A stretch of DNA of 35,073 nucleotides, taken from Candidatus Peregrinibacteria bacterium Greene1014_49. GTDB lineage: Bacteria > Patescibacteriota > Gracilibacteria > Peribacterales > Peribacteraceae. Under the pieces are notes generated by a model. That model was not told where the DNA came from, ran no database searches, and was given only the letters and a program-made list of their open reading frames with translations. Where the stretch lies: the NCBI GenBank assembly GCA_007376635.1, contig VMGQ01000010.1:1-35073 (forward strand). The letters run 5' to 3'. The stretch's first letter is position 1. Each line of letters begins with the position of its first letter. A program made the translations under genes and the position numbers. Positions 33,896 to 35,073 of the stretch are shown here, piece after piece.

Positions 33896-35073
33896 TGGCT
33901 GAGCCCCTTTTCCGCACGCCCAAAGGCACCCACGATGTCCTCCCCGAGGATCATCAGTATATGACGTACATCAAGAAGGCCGTGCGTCACCGCGCACGTC
34001 AAGCAGGGTATAAACGCATCGATCCGCCGATCTTCGAAAACCGCGCGATCTTCGAACGCGGCATCGGGCAGCACACCGATATCGTGGAGAAGGAACTCTT
34101 CGTCGTCTCTGGAAAACAGGCGGGAACAGAGGAGAGCGAAGGTGGTGTGGCGTATGCCCTGCGCCCGGAACTCACGGCCGGAATCTGCAGAAGCTACATC
34201 GAGCACGGCATGCAGCAGCTCCCGCAACCCGTAGAGCTGTATGCTATCGGGCAATGCTTCCGCTACGACCGTCCCCAGAAAGGACGCTACCGGCAGTTCC
34301 ACCAGGTGGATCTCGAAGTGATCGGACTGAAAGACCCGAGTCTCGACGCACAGCTCATCCATGTATGCATGAAAATTTTCAAAGACCTGAGAATTGATGA
34401 ACGCCTCACACTCCAGCTCAATAACATCGGCACTGCCGAAAGCCGAAAAACTTTCCTCGCTGCTCTTAAGGATTTCTTCATTGGCAAGGAGCGTCACCTT
34501 CCGGAGCTCGATCGCAAGAGGCTAGAAACCAATCCTCTCCGACTTCTCGACAGTAAAGAGGAAGACACACGGATTCTTCTGAAGAGTGCTCCCACGCTTG
34601 AACAATTCATTGATGAAGATTCGAAGCAATACCACGCGCTACTCTTGGAATACCTCGACGAGCTGCAAGTGAAGTACATTCTCAATCCCAGCCTCGTCCG
34701 CGGTCTCGATTACTACGGCCAGACGGTCTTTGAGTTCTGGGATAGTTCTGCAGGAGCACAAAATGCGGTCGGTGGCGGAGGTCGCTATGACGGGCTTATG
34801 GAACTTCTCGGGGGCGCTCCCACGCCCGGAGTGGGCGCCGCACTCGGCGTTGAGCGGATGATCTGGCATATGAAACAGGCCGGCATCACCGTTCCCAATA
34901 AAGACCAAGTCGATGTATTCGTCGCGCAGCTGGGGCCCGATGCCAAGAAAATCTGTCTCAGCTTGATCTCTGCCCTCCGCGAAAAAGGAGTGCACACCAT
35001 CGGTGCCCTCGGGGAGGCAAGCCTCAAAAGCCAGATGCGTCTTGCCGATAAATTCGGCGCTCGTCACACACTG
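33896..35073 (+). CDS. hisS: histidine--tRNA ligase, 3'-truncated by the window end
   Basis: I translated this by hand from ATG 33896 and found no stop to the window edge (392 codons): MAEPLFRTPKGTHDVLPEDH...LRPELTAGICRSY...FRYDRPQKGRYRQFHQVDLEVIG...RGLDYYGQTVFEF...GGGGRYDGL...GVGAALGVERM. These are the class II motifs 1-3 and the HisA/HisB signatures. It is absent from the ORF track because it is open-ended. Confidence 0.93.

Noticed and set aside
33240-33929. 220-aa plus-strand and 202-aa minus-strand alternative-frame ORFs
   Set aside because: They are by-products of the biased composition of the basic-tail gene. Only the 290-aa frame has TM helices and a promoter-proximal ATG.
33883-35067. 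204-aa and 142-aa minus-strand ORFs, the only track entries in this region
   Set aside because: They are antisense shadows of hisS, which reads through uninterrupted on the plus strand with all HisRS motifs.
1-35073. Alternative genetic code (UGA recoding, as in some CPR lineages) or mobile-element content
   Set aside because: All conserved genes read full-length with standard stops. I saw no transposase, integrase, relaxase, or phage-like ORFs, and no terminal inverted repeats.

Overview
This window is a densely coded bacterial chromosomal segment of roughly 50% GC that reads cleanly with the standard code. I found no transposase, integrase, CRISPR array or rRNA. My inference is a small-genome, Patescibacteria/CPR-like organism, based on T4SS-pilin-like modules, 3D-domain and RlpA-like wall hydrolases, and an almost complete lack of Shine-Dalgarno sites. 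Housekeeping genes are a UvrD/PcrA-type helicase-nuclease, rpoD, dnaG, rsmF-like, leuS, der, mltG, ybaB, an M24 aminopeptidase, tRNA-His(GTG), and a 3'-truncated hisS. The hisS gene is missing from the supplied ORF track; two antisense shadow ORFs appear there instead. The accessory content falls into four groups. (1) An envelope/secretion neighbourhood at 18.2-28.8 kb contains a VirD4/TraD-like coupling ATPase, RlpA-like and 3D/PG-binding hydrolases, and a 641-aa protein made of seven tandem VirB2/TrbC-like two-helix pilin modules (a 'poly-pilin'). It also contains a PKD-domain membrane protein with a roughly 430-aa proline-rich tail carrying four P[DA]WL motifs. (2) A three-gene block at 9.0-11.9 kb encodes a NAT-fold-like Cys-His-Asp protein, an orphan KAS III-like thiolase-fold enzyme and an unknown protein. 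(3) The primary sigma factor carries a C-terminal CxxC...CxxC zinc ribbon. (4) A LOG/TIGR00725-like gene is split by a 1-nt frameshift exactly inside its GGGxGTxxE motif. Across the window, TAnnnT or extended -10 hexamers sit 6-13 nt upstream of start codons, which suggests leaderless or near-leaderless expression. The poly-pilin and its neighbours are my best candidate for an undescribed system. All functional calls rest on motif recognition by eye; no database search was run.
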